This document shows, piece by piece, positions 14,701 to 26,700 of a stretch of DNA of 64,000 nucleotides. The notes under the pieces are model-generated. The model had not been told where the DNA came from. It worked only from the letters and a program-made list of their open reading frames with translations, and made no database searches. Position 1 is the first letter of the stretch, and each line of letters opens with the position of its first letter. Source of the stretch: Tubulanus polymorphus (lineage: Eukaryota; Animalia; Nemertea); NCBI RefSeq assembly GCF_964204645.1, contig NC_134029.1:4712001-4776000 (forward strand), in the 5' to 3' direction. Position numbers and translations under genes: made by a program.

Positions 14701-17700
14701 AGCGATCTTGACTTGATCTTATCTTAGTCATAGACCGATAATTTTACAAAGCTCGGAATTGTCATTTTTATCCTATTGTCTCCGACGTTCGTTCGTTCGA
14801 CATTTTTATTCGCCATACGAGAAGTCGTGGCATCGATATCAGCTATAGCTATTGAATATCACCCGCACGGCGCGCTCCGAGTCCGGGCTCTCGTCTGGAT
14901 ATGAGTAACGCGCTGAAATCCAGCCCAGGAACTTGAATTACACGTCTTTTATCGCGAACAGCGTGCGGGCGATGCTTCGGAAATTATCGAAATCGAAAAC
15001 AATAGATTTACGAGGCTTTCGACGAACAATGCTATTACGAAAAAGTCCCCCCTGGCTTGATTAGTAAAGTGAGCGAAGCCTCAGTAAAGAATGGCTAGTA
15101 TTTAGCGAATGTTCACTCATGCGGCTAGGTGGTTCGATCGGACGTCGGCGCGGACAATGGTCTCGTATTAATTATTAAAAACCAGACGGCGGCCTCGCGT
15201 TTCTAAGACGGTCATTAATGGCGGCTATTGTGACCGCATCGATAGGTTAGTCATCCGTTAAGAAATGTTATTAGTTAGACATACAGTTATTATCGGCGAG
15301 ACAATGCCCGAAATATCCGTGTCTCAGTCCGATTGATTTTTTAAACGCGATATTATGATTCACACCGTCGTATTGAACAGAACTACTTATTCTGCGGACG
15401 CAACGAACAAAGAAGAAACATACGTTTTTCGTTACTTTGTTTACGAGTGAATATCGATCTCAATTACAATTAATTCTTTTGATATCATCTTCAGGATCGA
15501 TCTTAACCACGCATTAAGGACGGTACCTTATTTCTATCGTTTCGACATGACAACGTCCGATACAAACACCGGTAGTTCGCGTGCAACGCTAGTCGTTTGT
15601 TGGGATGGAATTCTAACAATATTGGCCGGCTCGAATGCAGTCAAATCTGCAGACTTTCTAAACGATACATAAAACGACGAGATAATCGTCTTTCATACCA
15701 CTTCATGCCGAACCTTCAATGACCGAAGCCGCTCTTAAAATAAATGTCTTTCTCCTTTTTCATTGCCATCATTTGCTTTGTGCCTATTCATATTTTCTTT
15801 CTATCAAAGTATTTTTTACGTATTTCTTGAAAATTTAATTTCCACATTTCCTGTGAACCCTCTGCGAATAACTCCATTAGATTCATGTATTTTTATCGAC
15901 TTGTTTCGTAATATTTCGCTTATACGGATGTATCGAAGTTTTTTGATCGATTAACTCACGTCTATTTTCAACAAAAGTTTCGTCGCTCGTGGGCTGTTGA
16001 ATTGACGCAATCCTGAACTATACGTTATCGCATCATCGCCCCGAGAATCCTCGTCGTTATTCAACGCTTTCGTTCTAGCGATTGTATCTTTGCTCTCGAA
16101 AAAAAAATCCATCCGCATTTGATGCGCGGCAGTAGCTTATTCGAAAGCCGCGGGTGCGGGCGCATCGATGTGACTTCGCCATAATCAGCGACAAGATTAT
16201 TTCCGACGGATCAGTGGCGAGACCGACAAAAATGACCGGTGATTTTGTTTATACGGCGTGAAACGAACGCTGTTTATCTTTGCTGCGACCGCGAACCTTT
16301 TTAGAAAAAAAATGCAACCATCGTCCATAATGTCGATTAAGTTTCCAAGCTTAGCTCGGTGATCTATTTTTATTTCGCATTCCGTAGAAATATTAGATGT
16401 GAATTCGGTATGGGATTTGTCGCATGCGCTTGGTGGGTTTAATAAATAGCTATTTTGCTAGATTTCGATATATACGTTTGCTAGTTACTTATTCATAGCA
16501 TGGCGGTTTCCGACATTTTGCTTGCAATCATGATATTCCACGTGTACCTATTAACTATACATATACTTCTATGCAGACTAGTGCTGATAAAGGCTATAAG
16601 TTTTTAATGGAAAAATCTTGTTACTTCAGTTTTCGCTTTGAACGCGCAAGATTCAGCTAGGCATCGGTTTATGATATTATTTATGGTTGAAAGGGCTTTT
16701 CTTTTCTTCGCTACAAAGCGCGGGTCGCATGCCGTGTACAGACACCTTTAACCGCGACCCGGGCGAGGTTGTGCTGCCGCTCTGCTGCAGAGATCATCTT
16801 CTGCATTATCTTTAGCATCGTCTGTCCATGTTTCGGGGCGAAACAAACGTATTTGATGATTTGGACGAATCGATGTCACTTGTTGCATTCCGAGAATACG
16901 CTCACTGCCCACGGCATGTACGGTGTTCACGCGTGCCTTGTTGAGCGAACATTAAAGAAAATTCCGAACAGCGAACTTCGTAGAAATCCATTCTTAAACT
17001 GCATCAAATCATTATCTGTTTCAGCGACGCTGCCGATGCCATCGATTCCACCTCCGCCGCCGGACGCTCCTCCCCCTATCGACTCGTCGGGTAGGATGTA
17101 TCACCCGGCTATGAGGGGTAACTATTCTGAACCGGAGGATCAGAGACGGATGTGTCGACCGAATGAAAGCGGAAGTGACATGGATCCTAACTATTATACA
17201 GTGCATTCATCGTCTGGTAACATGTACACGCCTAGCAACGGTAACTATGTTCTACCCAGTACTTATTGTTGTTTTACCTTTTCTTGCCATTCATATGGAC
17301 CTAGTTCCACATGGGACGCCTCACAGTAAACCTAAGAACATCTTGAAGTCTCGATGTGGTCTTCACAGTGGAACTAGTTCCTATGCCCAGTTGTACAGTC
17401 GCGGCTTTTGCCCTTAAAAGTAGCAAGTTTGACCGTAAAAATCAAAATAAGCCATCGGTATAAACCTCGACTGCGCAGCTGGCTTCTAGTTTTGAAGCCA
17501 TCTATAATCGGACCAATGTTGTTGGCAGATTATTTTGTGAATGAATGTTAGACGTTTTTCTCGGGGGAGCGCTCGCATTCAAGTCACATTCGTAGCAGAA
17601 GATAATTGAAAAACATTCATTTCAAAAATATATCGAAATATTCTAAGGCTTTTACTAACACCGATCACACTGCAAAATATCCATGTACATGAAATATATT

Positions 17701-20700
17701 GCTTTATGCCTAATAATGGGTGAATATTATCAAAAGTGCTTCGAAACGCCTGCCGAAGCTGGTGATGCTGGGTATTGCCGTCATACAACAATATCAGAAA
17801 CATTCACTTATCGCACGTATATATAAACTGGTAATGGGACACATGTATATGTCACATGCTTTCATCAGGTAATTCACTTGTAAATTGAAACCATCAGCAA
17901 GTTATCACCGACGATATCTATATCGTATTATATATGAATAAATGATGTATCTCTGATGTGCGCACACGCGTACTGGGGTTGATTATTACCATTTCTCATC
18001 TAACCTTTTCCGTGCACTTCGGTATCAGTGACGATGACCGATTCCTACCTTCGCTGATTTTCAAAAACTAGACGGATTGGAGGTTAAGATAACAGGGTGG
18101 CCACTTACCTGGAAACAGGGAATTTTATTTTCTTATAATAGTATGGGAAATTTGTAAAAAAGCTACTAAAGATCGGGGAAATTTGTTGAGATTGCTAAAT
18201 CAAAATCAAACAGTTACCGTCTTTGTCTTACGTATTTGACTGTATCAATTGAATCGGGCGAAAATCCATTGTACCTGATGTAAACTCGTTTAGGGGTTTA
18301 ACTAACTTTTGGGGCTCGAACCTAAGTTGCAGCACACGATTCAGATATCTTGCTGGTGGTTTTTCGTTGCTCTCAGCTTCAACGGTTCTCTGGCTCCCGT
18401 ACATACATGGGCATGTCCAGCCATCGCTGAATGTATATTTATACGCATGTTTGTCCGTTGCTTATGATGTTTGATGATTTTCCTCTCTATAGAACCGCGA
18501 GAAAAGCCGACATTTCCACGCACTATTCCACCTGTACGAGGGGACCGTAATTCACAAGCCGGAAGTATGTCTATATTATACATATCTATATATAATATAT
18601 CTCACCTCTAACCTCAGCACCATAAAATCATCTCTGAATCTTCGATGATGTTGGCACGAGTGAAACGACCGAAAAGTTTTTAAAATTAACAAAAACTCGT
18701 AATTGATTTCAAAGCGTTTGATATGATAATAGTTGATTTTGGTTTCTCTGATTATGGGGTTTAGATAAACTCCGAAACTAAATGATATGCGCTTTATTTT
18801 CAAATTTAAAAACTAAAAATACTGAGATTTAAGATCAGTCTTCCAGTCATATTTTCAAATCACCAAAAAATCAAATATTCATTATGAATCTATCAATTTT
18901 CGTTTTTTTTTTTCAACTAAAAACGATTCCGCGAAAATCGGAGCTGTTAATGCGAACTTTTATACGCACGGCGCATTTAGATTGTTGTTTTTTTTCCCAA
19001 GATTCAGAGATGTTTGTTTTGATGCGACTTTTGAACTTTCTTTGTTTATCGTGTAGTGTTTGTAGAAAGCTTCGTTTTATGCATGTACTCAAAAACGTTC
19101 GTTTCAGAGTCGATGGTTTATCTGTATAGCAGATGTTATTATTTGCTCTTGAATTGGCGACGTATGATTCATTAATGTTTCATTCTTTACATTTCCTGCA
19201 TTTTCTCTCATTGACGCGCGTACATAATCAGTTACTTTTTTGCCTTTCTTGCCACGAGTGCTACGTAAACAATTCGGAATGAAGTCGTTTTATGATATCT
19301 ATGATCGATTGATTCGGCTAGAATTTCGGATAAAGCGTAAAATGCAATGGCAGCGATTCACTTTTAATAACAAAATGTCAAGACTGCAAATGACGAGCCC
19401 CGTTACGGCATCAGATATTGCTTTGTTGACGTTTTGACCTTCTATACACGAAATGTCTATTAGTAGAAATTGCTAAGGGGCGAACGCTGCCAATATCTTG
19501 TATTTAAGCTCAGAAATTCAAAAAGTATCTTTTGTTTATAAAACTTAAAATAAAATCTTCCAGTTTTAAAGTATTTTGTAGCGCGCATATGGAACTTTAG
19601 GCGAAATGTGAGAGTTCAAGTGATACGCATATAATCGATAGAAGGTGTATATTCGAGATATGAAAGATAAAAGTCGAGAGGTGTCAAGAATAGGTTCTAC
19701 CTACCGACGCCAGAGTATCTAAACACACTTGAAAGTAGAGATGATACTTTCATCGTTTTAAATAAAATGGTTTCTAAATACGCATTACGCGCGTAATGTA
19801 CGATTATAGAAACAGTTACAGACAGGATAAATCATTGTTTCTAACAACAATAAGACATGGCCGCATAAACAAGCGTTAAGTGCTTGTGAAGGGGTGCGGT
19901 TCGACACACGTATATAATAATCAATGTTGCTAAGTCTGGGCAAACGCCGACTGAATTCGATCGTTTGCTTTCAAACTTTACATCCGGGGAATCTTTCATG
20001 ACAGATGAGAAAAGATCATCAATTCTTCGATACAAAATTTTTTTTGACCTCATCAAGTGCGCTCTTTTCAGATCATTCGCACTGAACTTTCGATTAATTT
20101 ACTCTATGAATGCCGAATCCTTTTTCCCCATTTTTCTGACTCGCTGATTATTTCTCTTAGATAAATAGAGCTTTATAGATGGGTAAGAGTTGGTTTATCA
20201 GCGCGCTATGACTTATCAGTTAGTTTATCCCGTTCGTTGAAATAAGAAACATTGGTGTACTGTGTTTCTCTATACGCGTGGAACCTGCGAGGTTTTTTAT
20301 GGAAGCAAACATAAACCATTTAGAGCGCGGTATATCTGATAGTTTAGGTAATTAAGTCTCGCCTGGCGTCGTTCATGAAAAGCCAGTACAGAATGCGTTC
20401 AATGAATAATTTTACATGAAAGATGACGCAGTGCAGATAATATCGGCTGCTGGACTAGCGTCCCGGGCCTCGCTATAACGCGGATTCAGGCCGACGCGTC
20501 TCTAAACCGCGAAGCCGGCATGAAAATATTATTCCACGCAATTCGGCGATATCGATCTTAATTTTCTCGTTCCAATAAATTCCTCTTATTCTATCATTCC
20601 TAGTTAATTTCATCGGGATCCCTGAAGACCGCGGCGCCTGCGAAAGCTTTGATCTCCACACGTAATGAATATGCCAGTAATGTTCTTTGTATAAGGACTA

Positions 20701-23700
20701 CTCATACGACGGCTTAACCTTTACTGCTACTTAATTGACTTTCAGTTTATTTGGGGAAAATAATTCATCCCGTTTCCACTTCAAAATTAAATCCAACTCA
20801 TCGTTGGCATCGCTATATTTTGTTATGTTTATGATTGGGTAGTGATTTTATCTCTTAACGGTCGATTAGGGATCTATTGTTTGAGAGGTGACTCAATGAA
20901 TCGACGTTAAACAAACTGCGAACAATAGAAATTACCGATATACCGGATTCGGGAACAAGTTCATTACGCAATTAAAAAAACATTGGCAGATTCATCATCC
21001 CTCGAGTCGACAAGCATTTGATGATCGGGGAAGATCGTTTTAACAAGGGTTGATACGCGAATTTCAACGTTTTTTCAAAACCCAGCGGAAAGAGTCTCGA
21101 CCTAACGGTAATGATTGAGTCGACATCTTTGTTATGTTGATAACTTTTCGAGATAATTGAAAAACAGAAACAATGTTCGAATCGATCGCCTGAAATTGGA
21201 TTTCATTCGGGGCCTCACGAGTCATTGTTCGCAGGTCTCTGCCACGCTGACTTAGCGAATCAATTTGCGGCTGTCTATGAATAATGCAGGTATGCAAATG
21301 TATCTTGAACTAAATTAAGAAGTTGAAGTTATCAATGGGCTAAATTCGATTTTCCGTTTTTACTTCGCGTTCGGCTGTGCTATTGTTCGGGTTAGCGTCT
21401 TTATCCCGAACGAAGTCAGACTAAGGTTTAATCAGGTTTAATTCGCTTAAGAACCTCCGGGAGGCACATTCCGCATTTCATCCTGACAGCTCATTCCGCC
21501 TAAGTTGGAATGCCGCGCGTCTGTCTCAGCGACGAGGTGACGTGTTTATTGATACTTCGTGCGCATGTTTCGGAGGGGTGCATTTTGTCCGCCATTAAAA
21601 CGACAGACGGCCGTTTCGCCCTCACGCCCCTCGTCGGAGAGACACGTCTCGTACAGATGTTAAACTCGTGTATGTTCTGACCTCGTCTACGACTGCTGAA
21701 TGAGCTTCCATATACGATGACATTAATGGTGTAATTTTCGCGCATCGATCACAATGCCTGTCACCCTCACGGATGCGCATTACCGAACGTCGTAGTCGCC
21801 ACCGACGTGTCTCCTGTCAAAACAGTACATCCTTAAAAACACTAATTCAAACTTAGGCGAGCATTTAATCGCGCCGACGCGCAGCTCTCTACAGCGCGCG
21901 CTGTCGAAGACAATCCGAATTTATACGGTTATACTTCACGCCAGAAACAGCCCGAAAACACGCCATGAAAACGTCGCCCCGACGTCGCCGGCGTTTTTAG
22001 TTGAATTTATCGACGCGAGAAGAAATATACGCGAAAACGTCTCACTTAAGAAAGCCTTCAATCGCAGGGGTTAGATTTATGTGAAAAATGTAAAGAAAAA
22101 GTGAAAGATTCTGAAATTCGATATTTCTGTGAAGATTTTCAAAAAGTTTTGAAAATTCTAAAATTTTTATATGCCTCTCTGCGGAATACGTTCTTTTTTA
22201 CCTTTATTTTAAGCACATGTATGTGTGATGCATGTTGTTTCTTTTGCGGTCTTTTTCATTTGGCGTAATGTCTAGCAATTTCGCGATATCTTTGATACTT
22301 GTAATCACGGCACATCTTCAGCAGTGAAGAAATCCTGACGATGACTATTTAGAATATGGTCAAAACGTCGAATGAAATATTAATTCAAGGAAGCACTTTG
22401 AACTGGATTTTCTTTCTTGTTGCGTAGTTTGTGGTGCCGTGCAGCGCTATCCTTCCTCTTTGTCGCGCTGTAAAAAGCTCTACGAATTTTTGTAATCGAA
22501 CCAGAAAAAAGTCCCGAAGGCGACGAACTAAGGCTAGCATTAATTAGCGTATAGATAGATAGACGGTTTTAGAAAAGTGATGAATCACGTACAATAATAC
22601 TGCGCCGCTGTAAAAATCAAGGAGATTTGAAGAAAAGTTATTGAGTGCCGGGCTTTGAGGTATCGAGTGTGACCATACCAGCGTTCAAATTACACACAAT
22701 ACAATCCCATCCGCATTATAGCGCGTATACGCCGAATCAAATATAATCCGCGGCGACCAAATTCCCGAAGAATCGCGTCGTGAGTCAGCATTTTTTAGCC
22801 GAGGCGGCCTCAAAACGAGATCCGCTTAGACAATAAGTCCGTCGTCTATACACGCGAAATAGTTGTATCAAGTTCGTAATACGCGTTTCTCGGATGGAAG
22901 AAAGAGTAAGAAAAAGTGATTTTTAACGTCGTTTCGCGCGTGTCGCCGTCGAGCGCGCGTTCATTGTTTGTTGTTGAGGATATACGGGTAATGTCGATGA
23001 TCCTCCCGCGGTAATCAGGTATCTATCATCGATGCACGCGCGTCGCCGGCAACTCGGGGGAATCGCGGATAATTCCGTGATTACGTCGTCGAAAATTGAA
23101 GTCATACCGCACGCGAATGGTTCGATAGAGATTTAATCTTCAGATTATTGAGGTTATTTTTGTTTAACGAGAGGTAGGGTGTAGGTGTCAGGTATAACGG
23201 TAAGGTTTCGGCAAAAAATAAAGACGACATTTATTTTTAGTTAGGATTGAAATGTTTTCGTATCGGGGATAATTCCCAATCAAAATACTGTCCGCTCCGT
23301 AGCCCGTAACCTTCAACCCTCCTAAATCGGGGATTTCTCATGATTGCCAGCGTTCGACTCGACTGACTGCAATAATAAGATTTTACCGGTCAGCTTCCCT
23401 CAGGATCTGGCTGCGTTGCGAAAATATGAAATTTATCGCCCGACATCTACTGGTCAGCGTTCCCCGGGGACGGCACAATAGCTATTCGGTCCTAGCGAAA
23501 AACTATAAAGTATATCACGCTCGAACTCGGCCGGAGGGTTCTAGCGTCCCGGGGGAATGCGGCTTCATCTAGCAACGACCTGCCTTCCAATAAAACATGA
23601 CTTCGTGACGATTGCGGAAATACATCATATATGAAAATCAACGCCGGGCATTGAAGTATACACCGACATTGCAGCGTCGGAGCAATGACCCTGCCGAGAA

Positions 23701-26700
23701 AATCGACCACCGAAGAATGTACTAGATCGGGCGGGCACTGCGAAGTGAGCGTTATAGGTTGTCGAATTACGTCAACAACAACGATTTCAATTTGATCTCG
23801 ACACATTTGAAGCGTCGGAAATACGTTCGTATATTCGTAGGCAAACAGAAGCGAATACCGACCAGGTTACCTTTACGCTTTTGAACGTTGTTTACATCGA
23901 ACCGGTCGCATTTACGTACGTATCGCTCTATTTTCAAAATAGTCAATAAGTAATGAAAAAATGTCTGGTGACATTATTCGTCAAAACCCGAACGAACGAG
24001 AACAAGAGTATGTTTATACCTTTGAAAAATTGACGATTGGAGATCATCGTTTCGCGACGTGCGTTATGTCATCTCGTCAATGGCTATTCGTGATTGGCTG
24101 ACGGGGGTTCTTCGTCGCGGGGAGCACGCGGCTGCGACTGAAAACGACAACAACATTTCTGATGACGTTCAGCGTTTGACGGCAGTTACGCTGCAGCGGT
24201 GAACGCTGATGCTGGATAACATAACAGAAAACCTGCACGCGAGAGAGAGTGAGAGAGAGAGAGAGAGAGAGCGAGTGTGCTGCATTCGCGCTACATCGTC
24301 ATTCAACCGTTATATACGTAATAATCGCAGCATACACGTTTTTACATATGTACTAATCTAACGACGGATTATGTTGCTACGGTGACCGTAACGACGGATT
24401 AATAATTCCGCCAGTCTACAAGATACCTATATCCTGCGCGGACAATGTCTCAGTCTTCGCGGTATAAATTTGATCCAGGTATGAATATTAATTTTCGGTA
24501 TATACTCTTGCGTTTTTGCCAGGTGAAAAATCTATTTTTTTCTTATTCTTTGCACAACAGCCCTTCTGTATTGTATACGGCTTTCCCGCAATTTCGATGT
24601 CCTTGGGAGATCTTCTCAGATATATAAATTAATGTATTTTTTATAGGTAATCTGCAGGTTTTTTGCTAAACAAAAATGATACCTTGTTTCTCCGCAGCGG
24701 CCGGGTCATTTTTGTAAAATATGATAAAATTTATAAACAGTTCAGTTCTATAGCGGCTGGGTCTGTTATGGTAAAATTGATCACGATTTTTTAAAAAGTA
24801 ATGTATAGGGTAGATAGTCGGCCGGCCGGGTCAACATTTAAGCTCAGCAGAGCGGAGAAACAAGGTATCAATTTTTTTAGCCTAAATACATGTATTTATA
24901 GGTAATCTGCAGGTTTTTTCTTAACGGTTAGCTTTAGATTATGATACGAGATAATGATTTGATACGATGCTTCAGATGTTGGCGATATGAGATTTACAAT
25001 ATTCGCTTTGTGTGCGCAGTTTTGGCCTCCATTAACGGATTCCTTTGAAGGCAAAACACGAATCCGAACTGCTATTAAAAATAGCGCACGAGGATGATCT
25101 TCGTTCCCGGGGACGTGAGTTTCTGTATAACGATACCGAACTCGTACACCTGGCATACTGTATACCTGTTAAGTGAATTAGTCGGCGCTACTTTATAGAA
25201 TATGGCTATTTTATCATCAGTTTATATGTATATTATTATGAAGAGGGTCGATAATGGAAACTAGATGCGGTGACACCAATATAGACGACGACGAGCGAAA
25301 GACTGTTTCGTGTTGTCTGTATAATTAACATGTAAATCTAAAAAGGTTTCCCGTCTTGTCTTCTCTTCTGCGCGCGTAATTGAATTTTCACCGGAAGTAG
25401 TAGCTTTCTGTGGAGAAGAATACGAGACGATTACCAGGTAACTGTTCGTCTGCTGACGGCGCATGGTATACCCACCAGGCAGCAGCGGTTATTATTGGAT
25501 TTGTATATAAATAATATTGCAGAAATAACGAAAATACCTATACGTTTTACGAAGATATGAAGTATTCCTGATAGCTGACATAGCTTACACGCGTCGTAGA
25601 TTCTTGCGATAGCTTACATATTAAAGCTAGCCGACATAAAGGAAGCTTATATATTTTACTGAGCCACGAAACTATGTTCTGGGAATGGGGGTTTGCAAGT
25701 TCTTCAGGTGCACTGTCTTCTAATAGTGAACTAGTTGAAAAAAAATGTTTTCGAAAAGTAAAGAGAATGGCTTGAAATACTAAAAGTTCACTTTGGGCAT
25801 TGATTTTAAAGTTAGGTTATATTTTAATTGAAAGAATTTATGGAGTTCTCGCACGAGATTGGGCCAGTATTATACTATGTGACGTCATAGATGCACGATC
25901 TAAGGTGAAGTCGTTAAAAGTTTTCGTTTCGTCGTTGAACTCAAATAGATAACTGCGGATAAAACAGCGAGAATGGAACTCGTAAGCGAAGCCGTAAACC
26001 GCGGATACGGAACGCTAAAGGCTATATCATTGTCGCTGTTGAGACTCGATTGCGAAACATACACGTCGTCGCTTCTTCAGTGATGATAAGCAATTTCAGC
26101 GGATACAATAAAATGTGTGACTATCAATTATCAGTGTACGCGGTATGAGAATCTTGATTAAGGAAATTGTAGGCAAGTTAAATAGCATGTTAATTACTAC
26201 AGCGGGTTTTAATGCAATTTATTTTTAGGTTTTACGCGACTCGTGGGGATGAGATGCATTTAGGAGTAAAAGTTTTTAAATCGATTGAGAGTCACGTCTT
26301 TAGAACGCTCAACACGACTGAATGAATATCATTCATTCATCTGCGTATTTTGAGGTTGATGAGCAGGGGAGCCTCTTCACCGATGACTTAGTGCCATTAC
26401 CAATACTTAGGGAATTCTAAGAAGTGCTTCTGGGTCCAGTCGTCCAAAAAGTGAACTTATACCTCAAGGCTAGCCTCAAGTTGTTAGATTGATTAAAGAA
26501 CTAAGGTGGTCTTGGTCCGGTCTCAAATCTAAGCTTTGACGCATATGGCCCCTGGTCAGTGTTTTCAGGTCTTAGTAGATCTCACGAGTGATGCTATCAA
26601 CGATTCTTTTAGATATAAGATATTTTGAAAACTCTGATATGTATTTAGGCGGGGCTTGATTTACGGTCGAAATGGCAATTTCCAAAGACACGTTCGTTCG

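Noticed and set aside
25404-25437. Cassette exon ending CCAG|GTAACT in intron 3
   Set aside because: The acceptor is weak and the 34-nt length breaks the frame.
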